Shown here: one piece after another, positions 1 through 8,800 of the stretch
How positions within the stretch are numbered: the stretch's first letter is position 1
Layout of the letters: every line of letters starts with the position of its first letter
Source: Pseudomonadota bacterium
Lineage (GTDB): Bacteria; Pseudomonadota; Gammaproteobacteria; Burkholderiales; JALYOK01
Reading direction: 5' to 3'
Length of the DNA stretch: 33,901 nucleotides
Assembly: GCA_031371465.1 (NCBI GenBank)
Contig: JANMJR010000348.1
Span: forward strand, 1 to 33,901
Notes under the pieces: model-generated
What the model was told of the DNA's origin: nothing
The model's input: only the letters and a program-made list of their open reading frames with translations
Databases searched by the model: none
Program-made: the position numbers and the translations under genes

Positions 1-365
1 AGCAGCTCATCGATGTCATAAACTTTCGGGCGTTTGACTTCGCCTTCGACGGCGACGGTCCAGGGGCGCGTTTTCAGTGTCGATGCGTAGGCGGCGGGAT
101 CGGCTTTATCGGTTCCGAACTCGTAAAAATTGTTATAGCCGGACACATCGCGTAAGGGCGTTAACGGATCTTCCACTGTCGCCGCCGTTTTCTTCGAGAC
201 GCTGAGTTTGCTCAAAGCATGCGCGTCGCGCGGTGTCAAAATCCCGCCCGCCAATGTCGCCAAACCCGTCGCTGCGCTTAACTGCAAAAATTCGCGGCGC
301 TTCAAATAAAGCGATTTGTCGGTAATTTCCGAGGGAACGATGTCCGTCGAGGGTCTGATAATCAA
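1..365 (-). CDS. msrP: Protein-methionine-sulfoxide reductase catalytic subunit, 5' part (runs off the window)
   Basis: Manual translation from TTG at 365 (AGGAG RBS upstream): LIIRPSTDIVPSEITDKSLYLKRREFL (Tat motif) ... YNNFYEFGTDKADP ... RPWTVAVEGEV, typical of MsrP/YedY. Not in the ORF track. Confidence 0.92.
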   Translation of the reverse strand, partial: MIIRPSTDIVPSEITDKSLYLKRREFLQLSAATGLATLAGGILTPRDAHALSKLSVSKKTAATVEDPLTPLRDVSGYNNFYEFGTDKADPAAYASTLKTRPWTVAVEGEVKRPKVYDIDEL

Positions 366-582
366 GTGTTGTCTCCTAGTTTCTCGATGAGGATTTATAC
401 GTGTTCGGCACAAAGCTGGATGTTAGTCGCAATACCGAGTCTAGACTGACGTTTTGACAAAACGATCACGAAAAGATCACTTTTCTTGACTGTGCCGCAC
501 CGTCAAGGACTGCGTCATTTCCAAGCGACCGGCCTGAGCGCCAATTTCAGTGCGCCTCTTGGCACTATTGCGGAGTGAAAAA

Positions 583-1734
583 CTAAGCCGGATGGCGGAT
601 TTCGGTGCCGCCGGCTCGCATCAGCCCGCCCGCGCCGTGTTTGAGTTTGGATTGATACAGCGCCAGGTCGACGGATTCGAGTACCGCATCCAGGGTCGCG
701 CCATCGCTGGGCGCCTCGCCGTAGGCGATGGTGAGACTGAGGTCATGGCCGCGCGCTTGCGCTGAGACCACCACCTTACTCTGAATGCGGCGCGCGACGT
801 GCTCCGCTTCGTCCATGGTGGTGTTGCTCAGCATCAAGACGAACTCGTCGCCGCCGTAGCGTGCCGCGATGTCGTGGGCGCGCAGCGATTCGCGCAAGAT
901 CGTGCCCAATTCGCGCAGTACTTGATCGCCGGCGGGATGACCGAAGGTGTCGTTAATGTTCTTGAACTTGTCCATATCGGCGAACATCACCACGATTTTT
1001 TCGCCGTGGCCCATCGCGCGGTCGAACAAGCGCTCGGCGATTTCATACAGCCCGCGACGATTCAGCAACCCCGTCAGCGTATCGGTTGCGTTGGTGTGTT
1101 CCAATTGTCGCCGACTGGATTCGATCCGCCCCATTAACATGTAGGCGTAAATCAGCACAATGCCGGAGAACAGGGTCAGGAAAATCATCCCGGGCGCCAT
1201 GCTCAACGTCGAGTGGGTCTGGCGAATGCCGAGGGCGGCGAGCCCACCGATAAATGAAGCGATCAAGCCTTCGGAAAAAAACGGCATGCCGTAGCGCATG
1301 CCGTTGCCCAGCACCACGAGAATATAGACAATCAGGCTGGGCGGGATGTCGTATGGATCATTCAGCACCGCAACGGAAACGGCGAGAATATCCAGCCAAA
1401 GGGCAATGCGGTAGCGTGGGATAGAACGCGGATGACGCCACGCGTGCCACATGATCACGGTATTGATCAGGCTGTGGGCGATAAAAAACGCGTAGATCTG
1501 CCAGCGGCTCATGCCCATTTGGCCGACGGCGTCGGAACTGCCAAAAAATACTAGCGCCAGTACAATGAATAGGTAGCGCGTGAGGAATTGAACGAGTTGT
1601 TCGTTCCATCCGGCAAAGCGCACCTCGCCCGACCAGGAATCGGACAAACGTCGGTGCGCACCGCGACGATCCGCTCGCAACTTACGGCGATCGGCGGACG
1701 AGTCTTCAGCCATGGTTAGGCCAGCGCCGAACAT
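583..1734 (-). CDS. Membrane-anchored diguanylate cyclase (GGDEF)
   Basis: About 5-6 hydrophobic helices, then DTLTGLLNRR, DMDKFKNINDTFGHPAGD, an RxxD I-site (RAHD) and RYGGDEF. An alternative start is ATG at 1713. Confidence 0.93.
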   Translation of the reverse strand: MFGAGLTMAEDSSADRRKLRADRRGAHRRLSDSWSGEVRFAGWNEQLVQFLTRYLFIVLALVFFGSSDAVGQMGMSRWQIYAFFIAHSLINTVIMWHAWRHPRSIPRYRIALWLDILAVSVAVLNDPYDIPPSLIVYILVVLGNGMRYGMPFFSEGLIASFIGGLAALGIRQTHSTLSMAPGMIFLTLFSGIVLIYAYMLMGRIESSRRQLEHTNATDTLTGLLNRRGLYEIAERLFDRAMGHGEKIVVMFADMDKFKNINDTFGHPAGDQVLRELGTILRESLRAHDIAARYGGDEFVLMLSNTTMDEAEHVARRIQSKVVVSAQARGHDLSLTIAYGEAPSDGATLDAVLESVDLALYQSKLKHGAGGLMRAGGTEIRHPA

Positions 1735-1767
1735 GCGCCTCCAGAAAGTTCACGTCCAACGTCCTCC

Positions 1768-3249
1768 TCAAAGCAGAAACAGTGTTGCCAGCCCAAGAAA
1801 AATAAAAAACCCCATGCTGTCGGTGATCGCTGTGATCAACACACTCGATCCCACCGCCGGGTCCCTGCCCAGCCTATGCATGGTTAACGGTAACAGCGTA
1901 CCCATCAATGCCGCAACCAATAGGTTGAGCGTCATGGCGCTCGACATCACCAATCCCAACGGCACGCTATGATATAGCAGATACGTAATCACCCCCAATA
2001 TGCCGCCCCAAAACAGGCCGTTGAGTAGGCTCACCGCCAATTCTTTTACCAGCAATTTTTTCGCGTTGGACAAGTTGATGTGGCCGAGCGCCAAACCGCG
2101 CACAATCAAGGTCGTGGTCTGATTGCCAGAGTTGCCGCCGATACCGGCGACGATGGGCATTAGCGCCGCAAGCGCCGCAAGTTTCTCGATGCTTCCTTCG
2201 AACACGCCGATCACGCGCGAGGCAATCAATGCCGTTACTAAGTTGATGGCGAGCCACAACCCCCGATTCTGCGCGCTCTTCCAGACCGAGGCGAACAAGT
2301 GTTCTTCCTCGCGCAAGCCCGCCAGGCCAAGCATCTGGCTGTCGGATTCTTCGCGCAATACGTCCACCATGGAGTCTACCGTGAGGCGCCCCACCAGGCG
2401 ATTGGAACTATCCACCACCGGCGCGGAAATGAAATCGTAGCGCTCGAACGCCGAGGCGGCGTCGGCCGCGTCATCGGTTGGTTTGAAGCTGGTGACCTCT
2501 GTTTCCATGGTGTCGCCGACATTGCTAACGGGGTCGAGCACCACCATACGCTTCAGCGGCAGGCCGCCGAGCAGATGATCGTCGCGGTCAACCACGAACA
2601 GTTGGTCGGTGTGATCCGGCAACTCGCCGAGGCGGCGCAAATAGCGCATCGCCGTTTCGATGCTGATATCCGGCCGCACCGAGACGATTTCAAAGTCCAT
2701 CGCCGCGCCCACGGACTCGTCCGGATAGGACAACGCCGACTGCACGCGCGCACGATCCTGCGCGTCGAGGCTTTCCAACACATCTTGAATGACATCGCGC
2801 GGCAAGTCCGGCGCCAAGTCCGCCAACTCGTCGGCATCGAGTTGCTCTGCCGCCGCGACCAGCTCGCGCGCATCCATGCTGGCGATCAGAGTTTCGCGCA
2901 CGGAGTCGGAGACTTCCAGCAAGATTTCGCCGTCGCGTTCCGCTTTGACTAAATCCCAGACGCGCAAGCGTCGTTCCGTCGGCAAGGCCTCGAGAATGCG
3001 CGCCACGTCGGCCGGGTGCAAATCGTCGAGCTTGGTCTGTAAGCGGTTTTTCAGATCCGCTAAGCTTTGCCGGTGAACCAGATCTTCGACCAACGCGTGG
3101 TTTGGCATCTGTTGCGCATGAACCAGGTGTTCCACCAAGTCGTGCTTATCCAACAGCGCCGAAATGTCAGCGAATGCGCGCTCGATATCCTCCGCCGGAC
3201 GCGGCTCAGTGCGATCTATGATGACGTCGTTGTTGATCTGCGGGCTCAT
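1768..3249 (-). CDS. mgtE: Magnesium transporter MgtE
   Basis: Acidic N-domain (LHPADVA), CBS pair and five TM helices with MPIVAGIGGNSGNQ, DPAVGS and TAITDSMG motifs. Confidence 0.96.
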   Translation of the reverse strand: MSPQINNDVIIDRTEPRPAEDIERAFADISALLDKHDLVEHLVHAQQMPNHALVEDLVHRQSLADLKNRLQTKLDDLHPADVARILEALPTERRLRVWDLVKAERDGEILLEVSDSVRETLIASMDARELVAAAEQLDADELADLAPDLPRDVIQDVLESLDAQDRARVQSALSYPDESVGAAMDFEIVSVRPDISIETAMRYLRRLGELPDHTDQLFVVDRDDHLLGGLPLKRMVVLDPVSNVGDTMETEVTSFKPTDDAADAASAFERYDFISAPVVDSSNRLVGRLTVDSMVDVLREESDSQMLGLAGLREEEHLFASVWKSAQNRGLWLAINLVTALIASRVIGVFEGSIEKLAALAALMPIVAGIGGNSGNQTTTLIVRGLALGHINLSNAKKLLVKELAVSLLNGLFWGGILGVITYLLYHSVPLGLVMSSAMTLNLLVAALMGTLLPLTMHRLGRDPAVGSSVLITAITDSMGFFIFLGLATLFLL

Positions 3250-3864
3250 TCCGACATTTTATGGAAAATGGCTCAACGACGCCGAATTATTCATATTTGC
3301 GTATTCCGGTGGTCTTGAACACCAATTCCGGCGACGTGGACACGCACTCCACCACTCGTCAACACCGTAGCTAGAACGCTAATCCGACCTGCGCAATTCA
3401 TTCTGTCGGCGTACGTTCTGAAGCCGCCGATCAATCAAACCACGGGATTGGAATTTTTCTACCCATAGTGTGAGTTCGCGGTGCTACTTTCGAATTCACA
3501 GAATGCCACGGGTAGCGGCCATTCAATTTAGAAGCGTAAGGTGGCACGCGATAGTGGATGCCGACATCCGGCGCGAGGCGGTGCGCGAGCGTAATCCTGC
3601 CGTTAGAGTCTGCCGCCCTGGAAAATTGCCGACGTTGGCGGTGCAGCGTCGAGAACAAACAAAGAGCCGCCGCTTGTCAACGCTCAAGAAATAGCGTGGT
3701 AAAGCAACAACGAATCAGATTCTGTACCTTCAGGTCGCGTTGAGCAAACTGGCAGTTTGAGCAGAGTAGACGCCCAATGGAGACAGTAAGAGCATGATCC
3801 TCCAATTGGTAGACTTACTTTGTAAAGCGATGATCTTAGACGGCAGTTGGAAGGGGTGGAGTGT

Positions 3865-3955
3865 GCGGTTATGGTGGTGCGGGCAAGGCGCGACGACGCG
3901 CAATGGTTTTTCCATTCCAAGGAATTGCAACGCCGCCCCGCGCCGCCATAACCGC
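3865..3955 (+). repeat. Palindromic intergenic element (REP/MITE-like stem-loop)
   Basis: 19-nt arms gcggttatggtggtgcggg (3865-3883) and cccgcgccgccataaccgc (3937-3955) pair fully with two G-U wobbles. There is an internal aatgg/ccatt mini-hairpin. Confidence 0.7.
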
Positions 3956-4167
3956 GGGATCCGCCCCTTAGCGCTCTCACCAAATCGGTGATGAGGGCAG
4001 AACGAAAAAGTATTGTGTCCATAAAAGGTTGCGAGTTTGGCAAGCGGTCGAGTGCCGTTTCTAGGATGATCACCATTGCATGATTCGAACATCACCCTGC
4101 GAAGATGCATTGCACCGGAACCCAAATGATAAACGCATCCCGTAAAGGGTAAAGGCATGCCGTGGCT

Positions 4168-5892
4168 TTACGAAACCGCTTGCTCCACGATGTCAAAGCG
4201 CAGCCCGCTCGATCCTTCCCCTCGGCCGGGCTGTTTGCGCCGCCCAATCCAAAGGTGAGTCGAGCCATCCACCCAGCGCGCATATTGGTAGGCGCGCGTC
4301 ACGCGTGCGCCCTCTCGCGCCACTTCTTCATCATGCAGTAGCAATTCGTGGCCCGGCTCGAGCACCATCCCTTGCGGTTCAAATGTGTTGATCAAGCCGT
4401 CGGGCTCGAGCCGGGGAAGCGCGCCGCGCTTCAGACGCATGGCGCTGCCGTCGCGCACTGGCAGCAACGGAATCCAGTAGTCCGGCACGCTGGCGCCCAG
4501 GCGATACGCGCTCTGCGCAGCCGCTTGCACGTTGTTATTTGCCGCGGCGGCGCGATCCTGGCGCCCGCGCTTTTCTTGATAGGCTTCGAATCGATCCAGC
4601 GGAACTCCGGCTGGGCCGGCCACGACCCGTTCGACGCCCCAGGCGACATTCGCCATTTCATCGCGCAGGAACAACACCTCTTCCAGAGGCGCACTCTGCA
4701 AGCTCGGTCCGAGTACGGGTGGCAGCAGAAACAATTGCTGCGTATCGCCGGTGAGCACGAACATACGCCACGGTGAATTCGCCCCGTCGACCTGACTCGT
4801 GTGCGGGATCAGCAGGCGCTCACCAAAGGTGTTCGTGACGATGAGCGATTTAACTTGGGACAGCGAGCCAATCGTTAGTTCGACCGGCACGACAAACCAA
4901 TCATTGCTGTATTCGAGCGCAAACTTGACCAACAATATGCGTGCCAAATCGTGCGGATCCGCCTCCACTTGGGCCAAGTTGACCCTGGCGTCCTCGAATT
5001 CCCAAAACCGAGCGGCAGGCATGCCGCGAAAGGTCACCGGCGCGGGTAAGAAAGCGGCGGTAGATGTTGACGTGCCGCCACTCGCGCCAAGAGATTTTCC
5101 CTCGCGCACCACGAAAGAAAACCAATCCAAGTTGCCTTCCAAATATTCCGGCGCCGATAGCACGACTTCGCCTGCCGATGTCTGAGCCGCGGCGGCGAAC
5201 TCGTACTCGATCCGTTCCGAGATCCACGCGGGTTTGCTCGCGCCCTGCTGGAAAAGCTGGTCGTACCAGATCAGCCATCCGCTAACTGCGTCGATTACGC
5301 CGGACCGGTCGGCGAATGCAATCGTGTCAAACGGCGATTCTTGAAGCAGCTCAGGTAAAGCGCTGCGCGATCGCAATGGAGCTAGTCGCGCGTAGAGTTG
5401 AACGCCATCGACTACACGCTTACCTAGCACTTGCAGAAACCGCAAGCTGTCGCTATCCAGCCCATGTCGTTGCACGTCGCTCGGCGGCTGGAGCAAGTAT
5501 TCGCTGTGCAAGAAAACTGCTCGAGCTTGGCTTACCCCTTTTGCGCTCAACAACCGGCTGAGGTGTGATCCGGTCTCGGCAGCCAGTCTCCAATTCGTCT
5601 TTCGGTCGGCGACGACCGGTTCAGCCTCGACAGTTGTCTCAAGCGCGAGTGCGAGCGGCGCATAGGTTTCGGTAGCGCTCGAGCCCGACCAGGCGCCGGG
5701 CTGATAGCGGCTGAGTGACGCACTCTCAATGACCACCTGCGCCGAGGCGGCAGATCCAACGTCTTCGCCGTTGAACTCGCCAAACTGCCACTGGCGCGCC
5801 AACAGCCAGAGCGGATCATGAATGCGAGCTTGCAGACCGTCCTGTAACTGCGGACAGCCGGTGCTGAGTTCGAGTCGTATTTGTGATGCCAT
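4168..5892 (-). CDS. Uncharacterised 574-aa protein, last gene of the DUF6603-associated operon
   Basis: Long ORF starting 2 nt after the upstream stop. Motif-like blocks ARIHDPLWLLARQWQFGEFNGED, YSNDWFVVP, FLRDEMANVAWGVE and GRGEGSSGLRFD, which I recall from hypothetical proteins encoded next to DUF6603 genes. No signal peptide. Confidence 0.85.
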   Translation of the reverse strand: MASQIRLELSTGCPQLQDGLQARIHDPLWLLARQWQFGEFNGEDVGSAASAQVVIESASLSRYQPGAWSGSSATETYAPLALALETTVEAEPVVADRKTNWRLAAETGSHLSRLLSAKGVSQARAVFLHSEYLLQPPSDVQRHGLDSDSLRFLQVLGKRVVDGVQLYARLAPLRSRSALPELLQESPFDTIAFADRSGVIDAVSGWLIWYDQLFQQGASKPAWISERIEYEFAAAAQTSAGEVVLSAPEYLEGNLDWFSFVVREGKSLGASGGTSTSTAAFLPAPVTFRGMPAARFWEFEDARVNLAQVEADPHDLARILLVKFALEYSNDWFVVPVELTIGSLSQVKSLIVTNTFGERLLIPHTSQVDGANSPWRMFVLTGDTQQLFLLPPVLGPSLQSAPLEEVLFLRDEMANVAWGVERVVAGPAGVPLDRFEAYQEKRGRQDRAAAANNNVQAAAQSAYRLGASVPDYWIPLLPVRDGSAMRLKRGALPRLEPDGLINTFEPQGMVLEPGHELLLHDEEVAREGARVTRAYQYARWVDGSTHLWIGRRKQPGRGEGSSGLRFDIVEQAVS

Positions 5893-5894
5893 GC

Positions 5895-8800
5895 TTAGCC
5901 TCCGGTCCCCGTGTCCACCACACTCGCCAAGTCGATTGCGTCGCCGTTAAAGAACAGCGCTGGCATGCTAAGATCATCGGCTGCCAAACCCTCGGCCCGC
6001 GCGGAACTCTTGCCGGCGCGATCCCATGTTGCTCTGCCATCCCACACTGAAAATGCCATGCCGGAGACTGTCTGCCCTTCGAGGTTGACTAGCGTGGCTG
6101 GAATTTCCAATCGTACCCATTGCCCGACGGGCGGTAACGGTCCGACGCGTTGCCGGCTTGCGGCGCCATCAATCCCCCATTCGATTAGATTCTCGCCCCA
6201 ATAGACACGGTGCTCCCACGTTGTTCCGTCGTTCCATTGCAACATTACTTCGCGTGGCGGATGGACGGGATCGAGATACACGTGCGCAAACAATCGATCT
6301 CCAACACTCACCGGGAGCACGGCTTTGGCGCCGTCAAAGAAGTGTTGATGCATGCCGGTAGCGATCACGGATTGATGGGCGAACTTTCCGGAAATCGGTT
6401 CGGGATGTAGGCGAACCCAAGTCCAACTTTCAGCGTCTCCCAGCGCAACGGCGCCCTCCGGCAGCGCGTCATCAACCCAGATGGTTTCGCGCTGATTCGT
6501 TGGCGCTGTAGCGCGCATTTGCGCAAGTTCTAGCGTTTCGCGCAGGATGGTTTCGAGACTATCCAGATCCCACGACTGCCGTTCATCTGAGGCAACCGCA
6601 AGCAACATCGTCTGAGGTGGCGCTGCGTTGGGTTGATCGTAGTGGAAGCTAAGTCCGGTGGTCTCATGGCGATTCGGCACCACCTCTACCCATTCATCGA
6701 TGAGCAAACCGGCCAGGGGTTGATCGAAGCGCAGCGGCGTGGGGCCCAGCTGGGCGACTAATGACAGCCGCCCAGCAAGAATCCTCTGGTCGGCTGGCGC
6801 CGGCAGAGCGACCCATCGATCTTCGGACTGGAAGGGAAGCTGACCCACGCACAGATCCAAATGCGCGCCATCGCCCAGCGCTTCGGCATAGAGCATCGCC
6901 GCGCTTAGGCGCGCCACTCCGGCACGCACGTAGGAGGCGCGCTGGAACCACGTCACGGCGGCCAGCGGATCGTTAGCTTGCAGCGCTGTACTGGCGCCGA
7001 AGGTCCGCGCGAGATCCGCCGCATTTGCGAGTGTGATGCGCGGCAGCACGCGGAAATCGGCGCCAAATACTTCCTTCAATCGCGCAAAGTCGTGATCGCG
7101 TCGCGCATCGGGCGCAGCGTGGGCAATGTCGACTGCGCGCTCGAGATCTGCAATGCGCTCGAGGCGGCGACTGACTTCCTTGGCCACGGACCGAGCCTGA
7201 AGTAGCAGGTCGGCGCGCGCTTCGGCAGTCTCACCTACCACAGACACGGGCGCCGCGCCTTGGATACCGAAAAAGGCCATCCGGAGGAGCGCTGCTCGAA
7301 TTGCCTCGAGATTGACGGGAGCACCCTCGAGTTCCGCTTGCTGCGTCGGCAGCAAGGCTTGCAGCGCTTGTTGCGCTCGCGCCAATGACTGCGCTGCCTG
7401 CGTGGTGCGCTGGCTGAGCTCTTGCGCATCGACACCACTAGGCTCCGGTGATTCCGGCAGTGACAGGTCACGACCATCGAGCGACCTCGCGCCCGACAAC
7501 AGCTTGCGTGTAGTCCGCGTGACTTCCAGAAATTCGCCGAAGCTCACGATGTGGTCCGGCCAACCAGGATTGCGCACAAAACTCAGTCGAACCTCAGCTT
7601 CAGTCGGCACTGATCCGGGTTTGGTGCGCAGCAAATGAAACAGCAACCGCTGTTCCAGCTCTGAGCGTTGGGTATCCTCCTGTCCTTCGGCCATGTAAAT
7701 GGCATCTAACGGTGATAGTTCAAGCGTCGTCAGCGCCACCTCAACAGAAGCGTGGACCGCGTTATTGTTCGCGTGGACGTAATCTGCTTGGCACCGGACA
7801 TGCGCCGGGGGCGGCAGCAAGGTTGCCGCCCAAGCGTTGAGAATGGGCTCGGCCTGTGCGCGGACTTGTTGCTGACTAATCGGCCAACCGGCAGGTGCGA
7901 CGCCGGCCGAGCTGGGAAATAGCACGCATAGCCGGTGCGTCAGACCAGTGCCGCTGCGCGGCGTGCGCACGACTTCTAACTCTGGCGGCGGCATTTCACC
8001 CGCTGCAATAGCGTCTAGCGTGGCGCCGGCACGCAGCGGATTGCCCTGCACGATCTGATAAACACTTTCCGCCACAACCGTGTCGCCCACCGCATCGACC
8101 ATCTCATCGAGCGCTTGTAGTTGCACATCGAGCGCTGTGAAGTCATCACTGCCTGGGCTGGGAAAGTCCAGTGTTGCGTTACCGAAGGGAATCGTTGTGG
8201 CATCCCATTGGACTTGAGGAGCGCTGCGGCGCTGTCCCGCTTTCCAGCGTCGATGCAGATCCAGTCCGTCGACCACATTGTTGGCCACCAGCGACTCCAA
8301 CGCCCGATCCCATTGCTGGTTGAGCAGTGCCGCAAGCGCCGCTCTTGCCGCAGCCAGATCAGCTTCGGCTTTGCCACGGGTCCCTCCTTCCTTAGCCAGA
8401 CCTTCTTGATCAAACGTCGCAGCCAGGGCTTCTTGAGCAGCGATGAAACGCTCCAGCGCTGGGATCGAGTTCGGATTCGCGGGGTCGCGCAGCTTGGCCA
8501 ACGCGGCCAGCGCCGTGACGCGATCAGCCAGCCGTGCATTGAAGGAATGCTGCGCTGAGTCGGCAGCGGCTTGAGCCTCTGCTACCTCTAACCGCAAACC
8601 AACCAGACGATCCGCCCATAGCTCAAAATCTCTCCCTTCAGTGACTGCTACCTCGTATCTGCCCGACCAGTCTGCGCGGCTGGTCGGCTTCGCGCCCTGC
8701 TGCGCGGTGAAGGCTTGTCGCGCCTGTGCCGCTCTGGTGGTCGCCGCGTTAGCCTGCTGCTCGAGGGCCACGACCGTGTTGATCTCGAACTGATAACACT

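Noticed and set aside
3250-3700. Mg-sensing riboswitch or tRNA upstream of mgtE
   Set aside because: No recognisable M-box or cloverleaf features by eye; an Infernal or tRNAscan run would be needed.
3431-4158. ORFs 3431-3658, 3684-4076 and 3730-4158 as genes
   Set aside because: They overlap or conflict with one another, lack an RBS or motifs, have atypical composition, and two cross a palindromic element.
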